The position numbers were made by a program, and so were the translations under genes. Shown in pieces: positions 38,431 to 51,844 of a stretch of 64,000 nucleotides of DNA. This DNA comes from Botryllus schlosseri (taxonomy: Eukaryota): assembly GCA_051294905.1 (NCBI GenBank), contig CM119371.1, positions 19,222,001 to 19,286,000 of the forward strand, read 5' to 3'. The notes beneath the pieces are model-generated. The model worked only from the letters and a program-made list of their open reading frames with translations, made no database searches and was not told where the DNA came from. Every line of letters starts with the position of its first letter. Position 1 is the stretch's first letter.

Positions 38431-38685
38431 ATGGGGACCACTCACACTCACTAACCGGTGGTCGTCACATCACTCAGTGAGCACTTCTTGATGTGGCCAA
38501 CAAGGTAAACCAGACCCGATTTTGCAAAAACTGATGTGATTGATAGATACCTGTCACAACAGTCGACTTTAATCGCCTAAAATGAAACTTTACTTATATA
38601 GGTCTGCAGATTAATAATATTGTTTTGGTCATTGCTGTTTCTGCGGAATCTCAAGTGACTGCACGGTGACTTGAAATCAGAATAT

Positions 38686-38910
38686 ATGGAGGACACAATG
38701 CGGAAGCGCCGATCCTATCAGAGACGTTGGGTGAAGGCTAAGCGTTTGAAGCTCAAACAAGGCACATTTTCAACATCTGATAATACTGATAGCCACGAAG
38801 AAGAATCTTCATTCGCAGACAGCATGGAAGGTAGCTCAAGTGTGATCGCTGCGGTTCCGGTACTGGAATCTGAAGAATCATTGGGTATTGGGTATATGCA
38901 GGTACTATAG
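38686..38910 (+). pseudogene. Basic/acidic N-terminal ORF fragment, possibly the start of the deleted CACTA transposase
   Basis: MEDTMRKRRSYQRRWVKAKRLK followed by a Ser/Glu-rich tract, ending where the downstream ORF begins. Confidence 0.35.
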
Positions 38911-41323
38911 TTGAAGGAAACTTGGAATATGATGTTCGTGATGCTGTCGGACAAATGCAAGATGCCATTGGACAAATGCAAGATGGCATTGGACAAATGC
39001 AAGCCACTTTGTCCAGTCTGGAGCCTATCATAATGGAAATAAGCCACAGTGTCAAAGGCAGAAAAAACAGCAAGAAGCCATCAGATTTGATTGTGCAAGA
39101 TATAATCCCAGTAACCATGACTACTAATGAGGATTTGAAAGCATTTGATAAGAAATTACAACAAAATAAAGAATTCGCAAGCGATGCGGTATGTTGAGCT
39201 CATGATTTTATTGTATAAATTATGGAAGTAGAAGAACTTGATCGTATTGCTTGGAGTACCAATATGATTGTGTTATTTCATTCACCGAGAATCAGCTGCC
39301 CATACAGATTCATTTTTTATTTGTATAGTTCACGCAACATGCTTGGATAAACCATTAAACATGGTGACTGGCGACTGAACTTGTGGTGTTTTTATATGAT
39401 AAAAACATTAATTAATCAGCATAAAGATGTGAGCCTGCCTCCACACGAAAGTTAAGCAACCATAAAACTTCCTGTGTTTAAAAATTAAATTGGAATTAGA
39501 GTTGTTCTTACAGTTTATGTCAAATCATACTATGATTAGATTTGCAGCTACAGTTTTTTCCAAATGATGTTAGAATTATATGGTATTAGATTATAATTAA
39601 AATTACTGAATTTGCGAAAACTTTGCAATTACATTGGAAGTTTTATTAGGACCGGTATGGGCAAGTGGTTGTAAACTACTGACACTACTGACGTATTGTG
39701 AATTATTCATTTGGCAGCGTGAATAAATTTGTTATTTATTTTTCATTGAAATATGCATGTGGAATTTTGGATTTTACGCAGTGCTTCTATATATCTTATT
39801 CTTAATCTAAGAAGATTGTGAAGATCTTTACCAGGATTATAGGGTCTAGGATAGTTAACTAAATCTGTTTTCATATCTTGATTTCAGATAATTGGATTCA
39901 GCTCAGTCGGAGGCGACAATATAGGGCAAACTGTTCGATTCATCTTGAAAAAGGTCGCCAGCGCTGGAGTATGGAGTTGCTACAGCCGCGTTGGCAAAAA
40001 TGCAAAAGAGGCTTTCAGCAACTTGGCTTTGGACAAGATCATATATAGTGAGGAGCATTTATGATAATCCGAGAACATGTCATTGTTCGACCTTTGTTTT
40101 ATACGCCCATGTCCCTAATGAGGCTGGATCAGTGGTTTCCAACTGGGGGAATTCCCCACTATGTGAAGAGGGAATCTGGCTTTAGCCAGTGCAGGCATTA
40201 TAATTTTATAAACGGAGCAGTCATGAGAAATATGCAGCATTTGAAATATCTTGTTCCATGCTTTGTGTTTACCATAGAATGGAGGGTGAATCACGAAGTC
40301 TATAACACGCCACTAGGAAACATGCTGTGTAGAAACGACTGGGGACAACTGTGCTAGATATACTGAGCGTTTTAACTGAACTTGAATATGATTTTTGTTT
40401 GTTATTTTATCAAAAATGTTTCATGAAGTTGAATGACTGCCAAACCAAATGTTAATGATAATACCTTTAGGAGCTTGCAAAAAGATCCATGGCAGGAGTT
40501 TCTCTGAAAAAGATTACATTCGTGTAGTGGGTGAGGCACTGCGGCATTTTCCCAGCCAAAAAGGGGGATCTCGATAGAAGGTTTGATTTCAATTTATGCT
40601 CTTGACATCATCAATCGACTGCTGTAATTAAACACTTTTATATATTTATAAAGCTATGCCTGGTACTCGGATGCCCTTTCTCTCAATCAGTTAGCTGCCA
40701 AATAACTGATTTATGTGGATTATTGAATTGATCATTTTTGACAGAATGTGAAGAAATTTTAGTCAAAAATTCTTTTTTGTGTTAGTGGCTGTTTTCAAAG
40801 ATTGCTGAAGTAGTCATCGTTGATCTTGATAAACAAGTAGAAGTGGCGATTGAAGTCAGTTCTCTAGTCAAGAATTCTTTTTGTGTTAGTGGCTGTTTTC
40901 AAAGAGTGCTGAAGTAGTCATCGTTGATCTTGATAATCAAGTAGAAGTGGCGATTGAAGTCAGTTCTCTAGTCAAGAATTCTTTTTGTGTTAGTGGCTGT
41001 TTTCAAAGAGTGCTGAAGTAGTCATCGTTGATCTTGATAATCAAGTAGAAGTGACGATTGAAGTCAGTTCTCTAGTCATATAATATTAAAAAATATAATA
41101 ATAAAACTTGAAAACTTGAGTGGAAATAGTTCAGAATCGAATCCATTTTAGTAAGTATGGGCGAAAAAAATGTAGGAGTCATTCGTTAGTCGCTACCTCT
41201 GCCATTTTCGCAGTACGAATGTCTTAGCTATTAATCACCATTTTCATTTTATTTCTGCAGGGTGTTGAAAAGAAAAGGCCGCATGCTGGTTATTTAACTG
41301 GCTCATCAGAAGATGAAACCTGA
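38900..41323 (+). pseudogene. DUF4806-like accessory gene; exons ~38900-39188, 39888-40047, 40471-40580, possibly 41261-41323
   Basis: Heptad GQMQDAI x3, TTNEDLKAFDKKL|IIGFSSVGGDNIGQTVRFILKKVA..YSRVGKNAKEAFSNL|..ALRHFPSQKGG. TAG at 40575; 5' end missing. Confidence 0.65.
40760..41078 (+). repeat. 104-105-bp tandem repeat, 3 copies
   Basis: Near-identical units start at 40760, 40865 and 40969; a partial fourth begins at 41073. Confidence 0.92.
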
Positions 41324-42566
41324 TGATAAGGACTGTTTTCACTTTCTTTCTAAAGGCATTCGTTCGTTTGTTCGTTTTATTTTTTACAACGGCATTATTG
41401 CCAATTCGTTTGAAATTAAATTATCACAAATGTGATTAATATGTAGTAAATAATGTGGTGTGTGTACGCAGCCGTGATCAGGTTAAGCCCATAGTGGTAG
41501 AAAACAGGTTATTATATCAGGATCTTCTTCTTCTAACGTAGGATCTACATTCTACTCACCATGTTTAAAGGCTGTAGCATCTGCATAATATTTACATTAT
41601 TGAAGGACATGGAAAAGACGTTGAATTGAGTCGACACAAAATCCCCCTTTCAACGACCTGCCGAGATCTAATATCTACTATATCGGCTCGGCCTTTCTAC
41701 ATCTTTGGTCTGTACTGTGTTTACTGGGGAACAGTATCCCGCCGGCCATCCGGCAGTCGAGCATGTCCACATTCAAGTCGAAATACAAGCAATTGGTACT
41801 AAATAAATACAGTCCATCCTCAAGATTACCGGACCACGACTGACCTATCGATCGCGCTTCCATGACATGCCGCCCTTTTCTTGTCGCTTCCTTTTTCTAT
41901 ACTATATTCTTTACTTTCATTCAGTGTGCATGCCTCCTCTTCACATCGCCTAGGCCCTAGGCCAAGGTGGGTGTCTGATTCCATAGACAACTCCTAGTCG
42001 CTTCGAAATCTTTCTTACTTTTAATTGTATCGCATTTCTTGTGGTGTATTGAACTGATAAAATTGCTAATAAACCAATGTTGATGATGATGATAGGCCAT
42101 ATCGTCACCTCCAGTCAAATTCCTTAAGTTTGACGAAGCAATAAATGTCTGTCTGTTTGTTCCTACGACGTACAATACAATACATTCAGAAGTTCTATAT
42201 TATTTTTATCCGATCAAGACGCACAATGTACAATGCAAGCGCCATCCACAATGCGATGTAATGATCGTATAGTAGGATGTCGGTACCATTAAGTGTGGTC
42301 CATCAAACGAACACCAAATTCGGTCCAAGAGTGTAGCCACTAGCGAGAAAAAAAGATTCGGGGAGGGGCAAATTTTTGATGAAATGATAGACCCCCTTGC
42401 AGATATGGAAAATATAGTAAAAAACGAGAGTCGTGTGCCTTTATTGGATGATTAACACATCTTCTGGGAGTCTATATACATATTTTTCAAGTTAAGTTAG
42501 GTCATAGTATTATTATATTAAAAATAAGTGTACTATTAACATAGCCTTCATGAAGGCCAACATACT

Positions 42567-42995
42567 GACCCTTGTGTCAAACAAGCATTCAAGTATCTAG
42601 CATCAAGAAACTAATATGACACAAAAGTATAGGACGCAAAATTATTGGCGAAAAGCTCACATCAGCATAGACGTCGTTATAACGAAAACGGCTATGATGC
42701 CATAACACCTCGACCTTGGATCTGGCACGTTTCACGGTAGCGTACGCTCGATTACCAATCTAACCCCGCACAGATAAGATATTTATATAAGGTAAAGGTA
42801 TAGTCATTGGTCAGGGCTTGGTCGTAAGCCAAATAATTGGCGTGCTTCTAGGTCGCAAAAATTCGCAGTTGTCCATTCTTCGAGTCGTTATAGTTGGTGG
42901 TGCTCACGTGTTTCGATCCCGGGATGAATAGCGCTTCCACCTGTCATAGAACACACCGTGGACGATATTTAACGGCGCAGGGATGTCATTGGAAT
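42567..42995. repeat. Diverged duplicate of 51261-51660 (region 3' of the second ZNF gene)
   Basis: Colinear blocks, e.g. ACACAAAAGTATAGGA, CCTTGGATCTGGCA, ATTGGCGTGCTTCTAGGTC, GATATTTAACGGCGCAGGGATGTCA. Confidence 0.85.
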
Positions 42996-43238
42996 TTTTC
43001 GTCTATCTTTTTATAGATGTTGATGTCTTAAATTTTCTGACCGGAAAGGTCGGTAATGTGATGTCTAGGCGTATCAGGCAATTATCTAAAATTGAGTACT
43101 TACTCGGGTGATTCGATTTCGAGTTGAGTATCAAAGTCATGACTGGGATAAGTTGAGTCATGAGTCAGTAGCCAAAACTCAGGGATATCTAGAACTAGAT
43201 ATCCCTGCCAAAACTCACCTGATTTTATCCACTACTAC

Positions 43239-43490
43239 GATTACCGGACCACGACCTAACATATCGATCTCGCCTCTCGCCATATGTCCCCTCATTTTGT
43301 CGTTTGCCTTTTATATTCTCTGCTTTACTTTTCATTCAGTGTGCATGCCTCTTCTCTACTTCGCCTAGGCCCTAGGCCAACGTGGGTGTCTGATTTCAAA
43401 GACTACTCCAAGTCGTTTCGACACCTTCCTATCTTTTCATTGTATCGCAGTTTTGTGGTGTTTTGAAATGATGAAAATATTAATACTAAG
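43239..43490 (+). mobile_element. LINE 3'UTR fragment
   Basis: GATTACCGGACCACGAC...TTCATTCAGTGTGCATGCCTC...CCTAGGCCCTAGGCCAA matches 41824-42070. Confidence 0.8.
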
Positions 43491-44346
43491 CCTCGAATCG
43501 AGTATTTGAGTGTCAAGTCGGGTCGAGTCACCACTCCAAACTGACTTGATTTGAGTCACTACAAGGGCTGGGCAAAACCTGGGCTTCGATTCAAGACTGC
43601 ATGTCATTGTTGAAAAGCTCAACCAAAATCAAGTCACGATTTTTAAATCACTTGACTCGAATCAGTAACCCACACTGACTTCATTTGGGTCACTACCATT
43701 GCTGGCCGAGATCGAGTACTCGGGTGATTCGAATTAGGTGTTGGAATATTTGACTCGATTCGCCTTCTGGAATGACTTTATTCGACCTAAGTCATTACCC
43801 TAAACTGGCTTGACTTCGTCTACTAGGACTGGACATATCATGTAACGGGATGATTTCATTGCGAGTCGATTCGAGCATCACCTATTGTGGCAGTGGAGAC
43901 AGTAACGGTGCAGAAAGTATTATCTAATTGGTGGTCAAAGGGAATACATACATTCCAGTCACGCTTGATCAGAAGTAATCTTGCATTTCTCGATTAGGAT
44001 TTGCATACTTAATCCAGTCCTAGTCGGCAGAGATGAGCATTTGAGCATGGACTTGGATTATTGATTTTCTGAAGCCGTGAAATTTCGGATTTACAGTTTT
44101 GAAGACTTGAATCACTAGGTTAGCTGTTGAATTATAATCTAAAATATGCTACAGGATTTTGATTTTGAAATTTTAAATCTCCTCATCTCCAGTGCTCAGT
44201 GACAAATGTCTTCTACATTTCCGGCAAAGATATCTTTACATTCAAGCGGCAAAAATTACCTTCGCATGTAAAATATGCATACGTTCATAGCTTATTGTTT
44301 CCGACAGAAGCATCGCGTCACTGCAACGCTCAACGTAGGCTATATC

Positions 44347-45561
44347 CAGCACCGTAACTGCCGCACCCCAAACCCCCCAATTGGGGGGGGCCCGAGCTCG
44401 AAGGGGGCCCAAAATTATTTCGTGAATTAGCATAAATCATAGAGTATTTTTTGAAAATTTATGCAATTTTTTCAAAATTTTTCGCGCTGCGCGCGATTTC
44501 ATGTAGCCGTTTCTCTATATTATAGGGTATTGGGCCATTACCGCGCCACGACCAATCATGACATACAATCAAGTTTTAGGCCATATAACATGCGACTCCA
44601 AGAAGTGTGCCAGAACGATCGGCAGCGAGAAAAGCTTGGCCGAAAAGGTCTATGCCCTTATGCAGACCGAAGACCTCGTTATATAGGCTATACAAAATGC
44701 CTATAGGTTTAATTGTCCATAGGCGCCTAAATGACTGGCACCGAATGTTCCTGTCTTTGCAATCTGAACCTCACAAGACAAATACCATCCCGCTGGGAAA
44801 AATTTTATTCCAGTGAAGAAATACCAATTTGAAATCGTGTGCGTCTCTTAGTTTAGAAGCCTGCGTTTGGGCGATTCTATATTTTTTGATATAGCAGAGT
44901 GGAAGTCACGAATTAACATCATGTAACGAAGTCATATCAACGGGTCCGTCCGCCCGAAGATGTTTATTCATTATTTACGGGCCCTCCCGTTTTCAAGACA
45001 CTTCACTCAGCTCTACCGGTAAATCTAATTACGTGAGTAGAGAGGACAATAAATTGATAGCATACTATATATGCAATCGCCGATCTGATTGACCGATTTT
45101 ATCATAAATTACCGAAAATTTTCGCGCCTCGCGCTGGCTCACAATGCAGTACAGATAATTTCGTGACAAACGCGAACAACGTGATGGGGGGGGGGTCGTT
45201 TTATCACCCTATGAGAGCCCAAGACCCACGTTTTTGGGGGCCTGACGAGGTGCTGATTCGTTCCTGCCAACGGGTATACGCCCGAAGATGTTTAATTATT
45301 ATTGAGTGGTCCTACCTTTTCAAACACACCTCAATCAGCTCTACCGGCAAATCTGGTTACGTGAGCAGAGAGAAGATAAAAATTGATAACAATATGTGCA
45401 ATTCCCGATCATGCTGACCGATGAAATCATGAATTCTAGAAATTTTGCGCGCTTCGCGCGTTTAGGCGACAAAAGCCCCCCAGAAGTTAGGACTATAACC
45501 CTATGGGGGGCCCAAGACCAAAGTTTTGGGGGGGGCCTGACGAAGTGCTGTTACGGGCCTG
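44347..45561 (+). mobile_element. Non-autonomous hAT element, sister of 35610-36923
   Basis: Same termini and colinear interior. Perfect TSD GCTATATC. Confidence 0.9.
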
Positions 45562-48083
45562 GCTATATCATAAAGTGACAGTCACGCCATAGCCCAATTT
45601 ACCACTTCTTCCTGAATAGTAAGGGCGTTTTTTCATCGATTTCAGAATTGTGAGCTACCATGTCACTGTTCAGCTTCTCCTCCCTAGATACCCCAATATC
45701 TCGGAACCACAGAACCTCGAGCAACTTTTTAAATGAATTTTGCATGTCGTCGAAACTATATTGCCATTGCATTGACCTCACTATTTACGAAGCTTTAAAT
45801 TATCAGTAAGCACACGCAGAGCAATGGCCTTGCTCTAAAGCAGTTGTTTCCAACCTTTTCCGGAAGGGAAACCGGAAGGGTAGCGGTATCAGTGACCAAA
45901 TGTGGAACCGCCACAAGGGAAAGGTTAAATGAAAACAGTCAGCGACTGACCTTGCCTGAAACGATCCTGTTTGTTCGATGCTTGAGTGATCAGCTGAGAG
46001 TCCAGGAGCAAACATTCACCTGTTTTGCGAAGCCGAAATCGGCCAACTGTTACAACAGGACACAATTAGCACCGACAATGGGACATCGGATGGGGTTCAT
46101 CACCCAGTCATAAGCACGCCATGCCAAGCCGGAACCAGACGTCACCATTATTTCATGTGGGTCACCTATTCCAGCATTACTCAGTGAAGCAGTATTATCT
46201 GTATACCTACTACTTAAATTTCCATCGTTCTGAAGAAAAAATACTAACCAGCTCCCGCCTATGCAAAATCTGTGATAATATCTTCCAAATCAAGTTTTGA
46301 ACGTAGTTGATAGCGATCAACATTTATGGTAGAATGTGAATGCGACTTTTCCATACTGCTCTTTAAGAAACTCCTCTCACAGCTCGAAATTGAAACAGCA
46401 ATGGTTTCAAACACGGACACGTTTCATTTTCAAGTCTAAATTAACACTTGTATAAATTGATAAATTGAAACTGTCATTCAAATCGTTACAATTATTAAGA
46501 ACTTAAGCAATTAGCTTATGATTATACATCTATGTGAAATGTGCATCCTCATTTCGCCACCCCCCGCCCAGCCTGCTGCCTCTGGCGCAGCTCTGTTCAG
46601 AGTTTGGAAATCATTGGTGTAACGTAGATACACCTGACAGAGGAGTCCAAGTCAAGAAACAGCCTCTTAGTTACCTCGATACAATCTTTCTGTTAATAAG
46701 AACAGGCTGGTCCACGGAATAGGATGGCTACCCGACGTCCATCTCGTAGGTCAGCACCCTCAACACCCACTGCCTTGCTGTAGACCTGGAAGAAAGAAGG
46801 GTGTTAAGTTTCAGCCTAAAAAATCTCTTATTTGGAGTACTGTCGGCGCAGCACCCAAGTGAGCGCAGATTTGGGTGATGATATGCGCAAGACATAGTGC
46901 AAGCAGGGGCTGGTGACAATTTCAACAAGAGGTTAAGGTTGATGCTTTAAAAACGGCTATCAATATAGGTTTTGAGGCCTTACTTCAAATGATAGCTGGT
47001 TCCAGATAATCGGGAAGTCGAGAGTGCCACAGAGCGTCCAGATGGGACCTTTCACCATTTTCGAGACTGAAATTGGTCATATGCGGCAGAAACCATAATT
47101 AGTCATTCGATATTGATTAAATAAATCCCCGATGTGTCAAACAACATCCCGTAAAAATGCCCGTGAAAAAAAAGACGTGAAAGTACAAACTTTGTGCTTG
47201 TGACGAATAACATGATATATAATTCTACTTCTTCAGTGCAAACATTGACAATTTTGATCACCACCTCAGACAATAAAATGTTAAAATACATTTGAAAAGT
47301 ATTGGATCACTCACGATTGTTGTATGGGAGTCAGGGATGGTTGTCTGGCATTTTAAAAATCAATTGCGCGTAGTGTCAGCAAGCAAGCAATGAGAGGTAG
47401 ACCTGTTAATGCGTCACATCAATTTTACCCTCAAAACAACAGGTTACATCGTTTCTGTCCTCTTCCCCAATGTGTCCTGACGGCCCCATCGTACAATAAT
47501 TTGGTCATGGGAATTTCAAGATTGGGTGGGTTAGTACACCTATCTCTAACCAACACTGCATTGAAAAAGAGAAGAACATGAAAGCCAGAAGAGCATTTTT
47601 AGGGACCAAATCGAAATCAGTCACATTACAGGGGCAAGTGTTGTACAAAAAAATCCATGGAGCTAAATACAAAACACACAACAAAACGATTGGTTGCGCG
47701 TGACAATGACCGGCTAGCTAGCTACCAAACAATTCTATACTGTGTTAGTGTCTGTGGTCGAGTTCTTACTTTGAAATATTCATTTGTTGGTTGCGGCGAA
47801 ATTAATTCGAAACGAAGACCAAAGCTTCTTGTACACATGTCAATATGAATTCGAAGATCAAACCTTCTTACGAATTTCACACCAATATGAATATGAAGAT
47901 GGTATGTTTAAGTACGATTTTCTAGTACAGGGGTGTCAAACTTAACTTGCGTCACCGACCGGATTCAAACATTCAGATCGCTCGCAGACCGAACCAGTCA
48001 AATGATCGAAAAATGTTACATCAAAATCCATGGGATCAATGCCCCTGATTTTATTCATTTATCAAGGCTATAAGCATAATAAT

Positions 48084-49314
48084 CAGAGGTGGTCAAACTA
48101 GTCAAGAAAGCTACTCAAGTAGAAGTAGAAGTAGCGATGAACATATCTACGACAGTACGAGTAGAAGTACTTCTTCCATAAGCCACCTAAAACTTCTTGA
48201 AGTAGAAGTAGAATTGACCGAATATAAATCTACTCAAGTAAGTAACTAGTTTTGAAAACAATCCTAATTCGTTCGTACGAACTGTCAAAAGCTGCAAATT
48301 GAGCTATGCAGAAAGTTCAGACAAGCTTGATTCGTATTGATGCATCCCAGGAGGTATCAATTTTCTACAGAATAAGCATTCTTGCGCATCATGGGATGCA
48401 AATTATAGTATTGATATGAAAATGCGATACTAACCCTTTGTTTACTAGGAGACCCCGTTTTACCGAATATCATGACATGGCGCCCTACCCCATATTAAAA
48501 GGCCCCAAGTTTAGGCGAAGAGCAATACGGAGAAGTTGTATCGGATACGATTTCAACACTTTTCGCGATTAGTATACGTTAATAACAAATATTGTGGATC
48601 GTAAAATTTATATATAGTGTAGCTTTATTTTCGGAAAATAGAGGCATCACTACACTTGCTTTTACACTTCATGTATGTTCTGCAGACAAAAGAAATGAAA
48701 GTAATTAGAGCTCAAAGAATGATAGTGGGAATTGAAAGTGAAATACAAATTCACTTTTAAAAAGCGGGAAATATATTTCATGTCTTTTGTACATAAAGCT
48801 TCAAAGATGATCTGCTAAAACAGATGTAACGTTCCAAAAAGCCATATTTTCCAGATTAGCAGGACACGTCATGGGCTGCTAGATAACGATAGGATAGGTG
48901 CGAAACCGTAGTTTCAAACGTAATGGTGGGCCATATTTACTGTGACGAAATATTTGATATGGGCGACAATAATGCGGTGTGAGCGGAACCATTAAACGAT
49001 TAGCAATCCTTAATTATATTCACTGATACTTTCATGAAAACATATTTAACACTCCCTAACTACTGTGCGTAAAGCGCAACAAAATTTATGGGCTTTACTT
49101 GACTTTTATGGATAATAAATGTTCGTACTCGGTGAAAACAGCCCCGAAATTCGTCAGGCTATAGTTCGTATTGGGGGATTAAACTACTTCTACTTGACAA
49201 ACTGAAATTAGCGAGAAGTAAGTAAGTAGATCACAAAATATTATGAAGTAGAAGTAGAGGAAAACTACTTGAGTACTTAGAAAAAGTAGAAGTACTTCGT
49301 TACTGACCACCTCT
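48084..49314. mobile_element. hAT-type MITE with AAGTAG-rich subtermini
   Basis: CAGAGGTGGTCA...TGACCACCTCT with TAATAAT flanks. Related decayed motifs at ~5040-5580. Confidence 0.75.
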
Positions 49315-49488
49315 TAATAATTGCCTACATCATAACACCGATCATCGGATTCTATTCTATCAACACCTGCATTCGCAAACAATGGAATCAAGATAATGGC
49401 CGTTTGAATATGGATATATTTACTGCTACAACACAGGCTTTAACGACGATATACGTTGGAATTTTGCTATGATTGCTTTGCTTTAATC

Positions 49489-50545
49489 CAGTGGTTCCCA
49501 ACCTTTCTAGACTCATCGCCCCCTTAAACAGCTCAAAAAAAATTTTTGCCCCCCAAAATCTACACGGGAAATTTATACATCTAACTCTCTGATCCAGTGA
49601 CTTCAAAAACTGTTTCTGATTGTGGCACACTTGAAAAAGTTGCACTAAATTGCACGATGATTACACTCATTTAACGAATATATACGACTGGAACAAGGTT
49701 GTATGGTAGATAAACACACACGGATGTCGATGTCAATTGCAAGCAGTCTCTCTCATTTACATATATAAAGTTCAGTCAAAACAGAAAAGGCTAAGCAAGT
49801 AGCAACAAGACTTTGATTTCTTCTACACCTATCATTGAATACGATTGGAAAAGTCAGCAAAACTCGTCTATTTTTCACAGAAACAGAATTAACAAAAAAG
49901 AGCGTTATCTAAATCAGTGACTCGTTCTTCTGCAGAATAATCGCTTGATTCATTGCTTCCGCATGGATCAACTACGCATTCAAGATTTTAACAGCAAATC
50001 ATGTGAAGTAATGCTGCCATGCAATTGATTTTTTGTTATGATTTAATTCATCGGTAGCGTGAAACACGCTAAAGACTTTTTCGGGTTATACCGGCGCAAT
50101 TATGACGCTGCAATTGCGCTACTTATCGGCCATGCCACATGATTGGTTTTATAGCAATGGTTACAAGACCTCATGAAACAGCAATTGAAAATGCTCCGTT
50201 TACCTTGTCCGTTTTTTTCTCAAAATCAAAGCAAAATATCGCGGCACACCAGAAAATGCGTGACGGCACACAGTTTGGGTGAGTATCACTGCTAAGGTTG
50301 TTATTGAATTGACTGAAAAAAACTTCAATTTTTTGGAGAGGGTGACAACGTTGTCAACTGCGTGCGGCAGTCACAGAATGAGTCGTTTGTCACGTGAATT
50401 TTTTGGCGGTGTCTGGTTGCCTTTTCAATTGAGTATATATCACTGGACCTTTCAACATTCCCGCCCACCCCCCCCCCAAAAAAATTTTTTATCCCATCAC
50501 TCAAAATTGCCCCCTGGGGAAGGGGAGGAGCGTTGGGAACCACTG
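49489..50545. mobile_element. hAT (Charlie-like) non-autonomous element
   Basis: TIR CAGTGGTTCCCAAC and GTTGGGAACCACTG. TSD CTTTAATC/TTTTATTC (6/8). Confidence 0.8.
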
Positions 50546-51844
50546 TTTTATTCATTATCTAGCAATAGCCCAGGGTATGGGCTGAGGGGAAAGCAAGAAA
50601 ATAACCGGTAAGCGAAGGCGTTTAAATTTGGTTCGTTATTCATTATATTGCTATTCCGGTTTCTCTGGAGGCCATAGAGCTGTCGAGTCCTAAGCTACAA
50701 ACGAGTGCAACCACAGATATTTGAATAAAATATTGTGTAACAGTTATATTTCCCCCTGCATATGCCGACTTCTGTGAATAACTAATTTTTGGTCCATTTT
50801 CCCATAAAACTGTGTGTTGGAAATTCGACTGATCACGCAAGCGATTATATCTTGCGCACATGGCCTGTTGCATATGTGATTGTTCAAGCCTGTCGTTGAC
50901 GCGATGAATTAGCGGGGAATGCCGCGCGAGCGTTCTGCAATAAATGACCTCATTTTGCTCGTGTACTACCGGCAGACATGGCAGGAAATCGCGTGCTGTA
51001 CAAACAACTGTTAATTAGCAACACGCTTCTCGCTAATTGGCAGCACAGCACACTGATAATACAAAGTACTAGGCACGATGGCTGAAAGTGTTGTGCGATT
51101 GCAAACAAATATGGAGAAAGGTGTGATTTCAAGTTTTTTTATCGAGATTTCTTTCAAGGCTTGTTGTACCCATGTATAATACGAGCCCACTATTTTAGGG
51201 GAAAAATCGGTAAAGTTTCACACATTATACATGGTAAATAACGGTGTGGCTAACACACCAACCCTTGAGTCAAACAAAAAATTTTACTGGGTAGCATCGA
51301 GTAACTTATAAAACACAAAAGTATAGGATGCAAAATTATTTATCAAAAGCACACATCAGAATGGATGTTCCATTAAAGAAAACGGTTATTGTCCCAACAC
51401 ATCAACCTTGGATCTGGCATGGCTCGATTACCAAGCTGACTCTGCATAGCCTAGATAATTTGTACAGGTATAGTCCTTGGTACGGGCGTGGTCGAAAGCA
51501 AAATCATTGGCGTGCTTCTAGGTCACATGAATTTGCAGTTGCTTCTTTTTCGAGTCGGTGAAGTTGGTGGTGCTCACGACATGACTCGGGATTATTAGCA
51601 CTTCCACCTGTCAGAAAAAACACCATTATCGATATTTAACGGCGCAGGGATGTCAGTGGCAAATTATGTGTATCAGATTAATGGTGTTAACACCCACATG
51701 AAGAGCCATGTGTTGCTTGAGGCTGCACTTCCACGCGAAATCTTTCCCACAGACAACGCATTTATGATTCTTCACTCCAGCATGCTTAATGTATATCCTA
51801 TCCATGTGTGTCTTGAGTGGACCAGCTCGAGTAAATCCTTTCCC

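Larger units (their letters stand above)
37089..41728 (+). mobile_element. CACTA/EnSpm-like element (CCCAG termini), internally deleted
   Basis: TIR CCCAGCAAACAC and GTGTTTACTGGG, 2-bp TSD GA. Removing it restores the LINE reading frame. Confidence 0.88.
35305..42093 (+). mobile_element. 5'-truncated L2/CR1-group LINE (ORF2 C-terminus and 3'UTR) in three pieces: ~35305-35609, 36932-37088, 41731-42093
   Basis: Joined pieces read KSLIQSKLHYGILCWG..LQKLQHKILRII..LNIEDIY/LETAKFMYQ|FHCG..HKYNTR..KYAGPDVW|NSIPPAIRQSSMSTFKSKYK (one frameshift). AATAAA and (TGA)n tail. Confidence 0.85.

Noticed and set aside
40130..40341. CAGTGG...ACTG MITE-like segment (also 45841-46616)
   Set aside because: Termini are imperfect and flanks give no TSD. 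Probably old hAT MITEs, but boundaries are unsupported.
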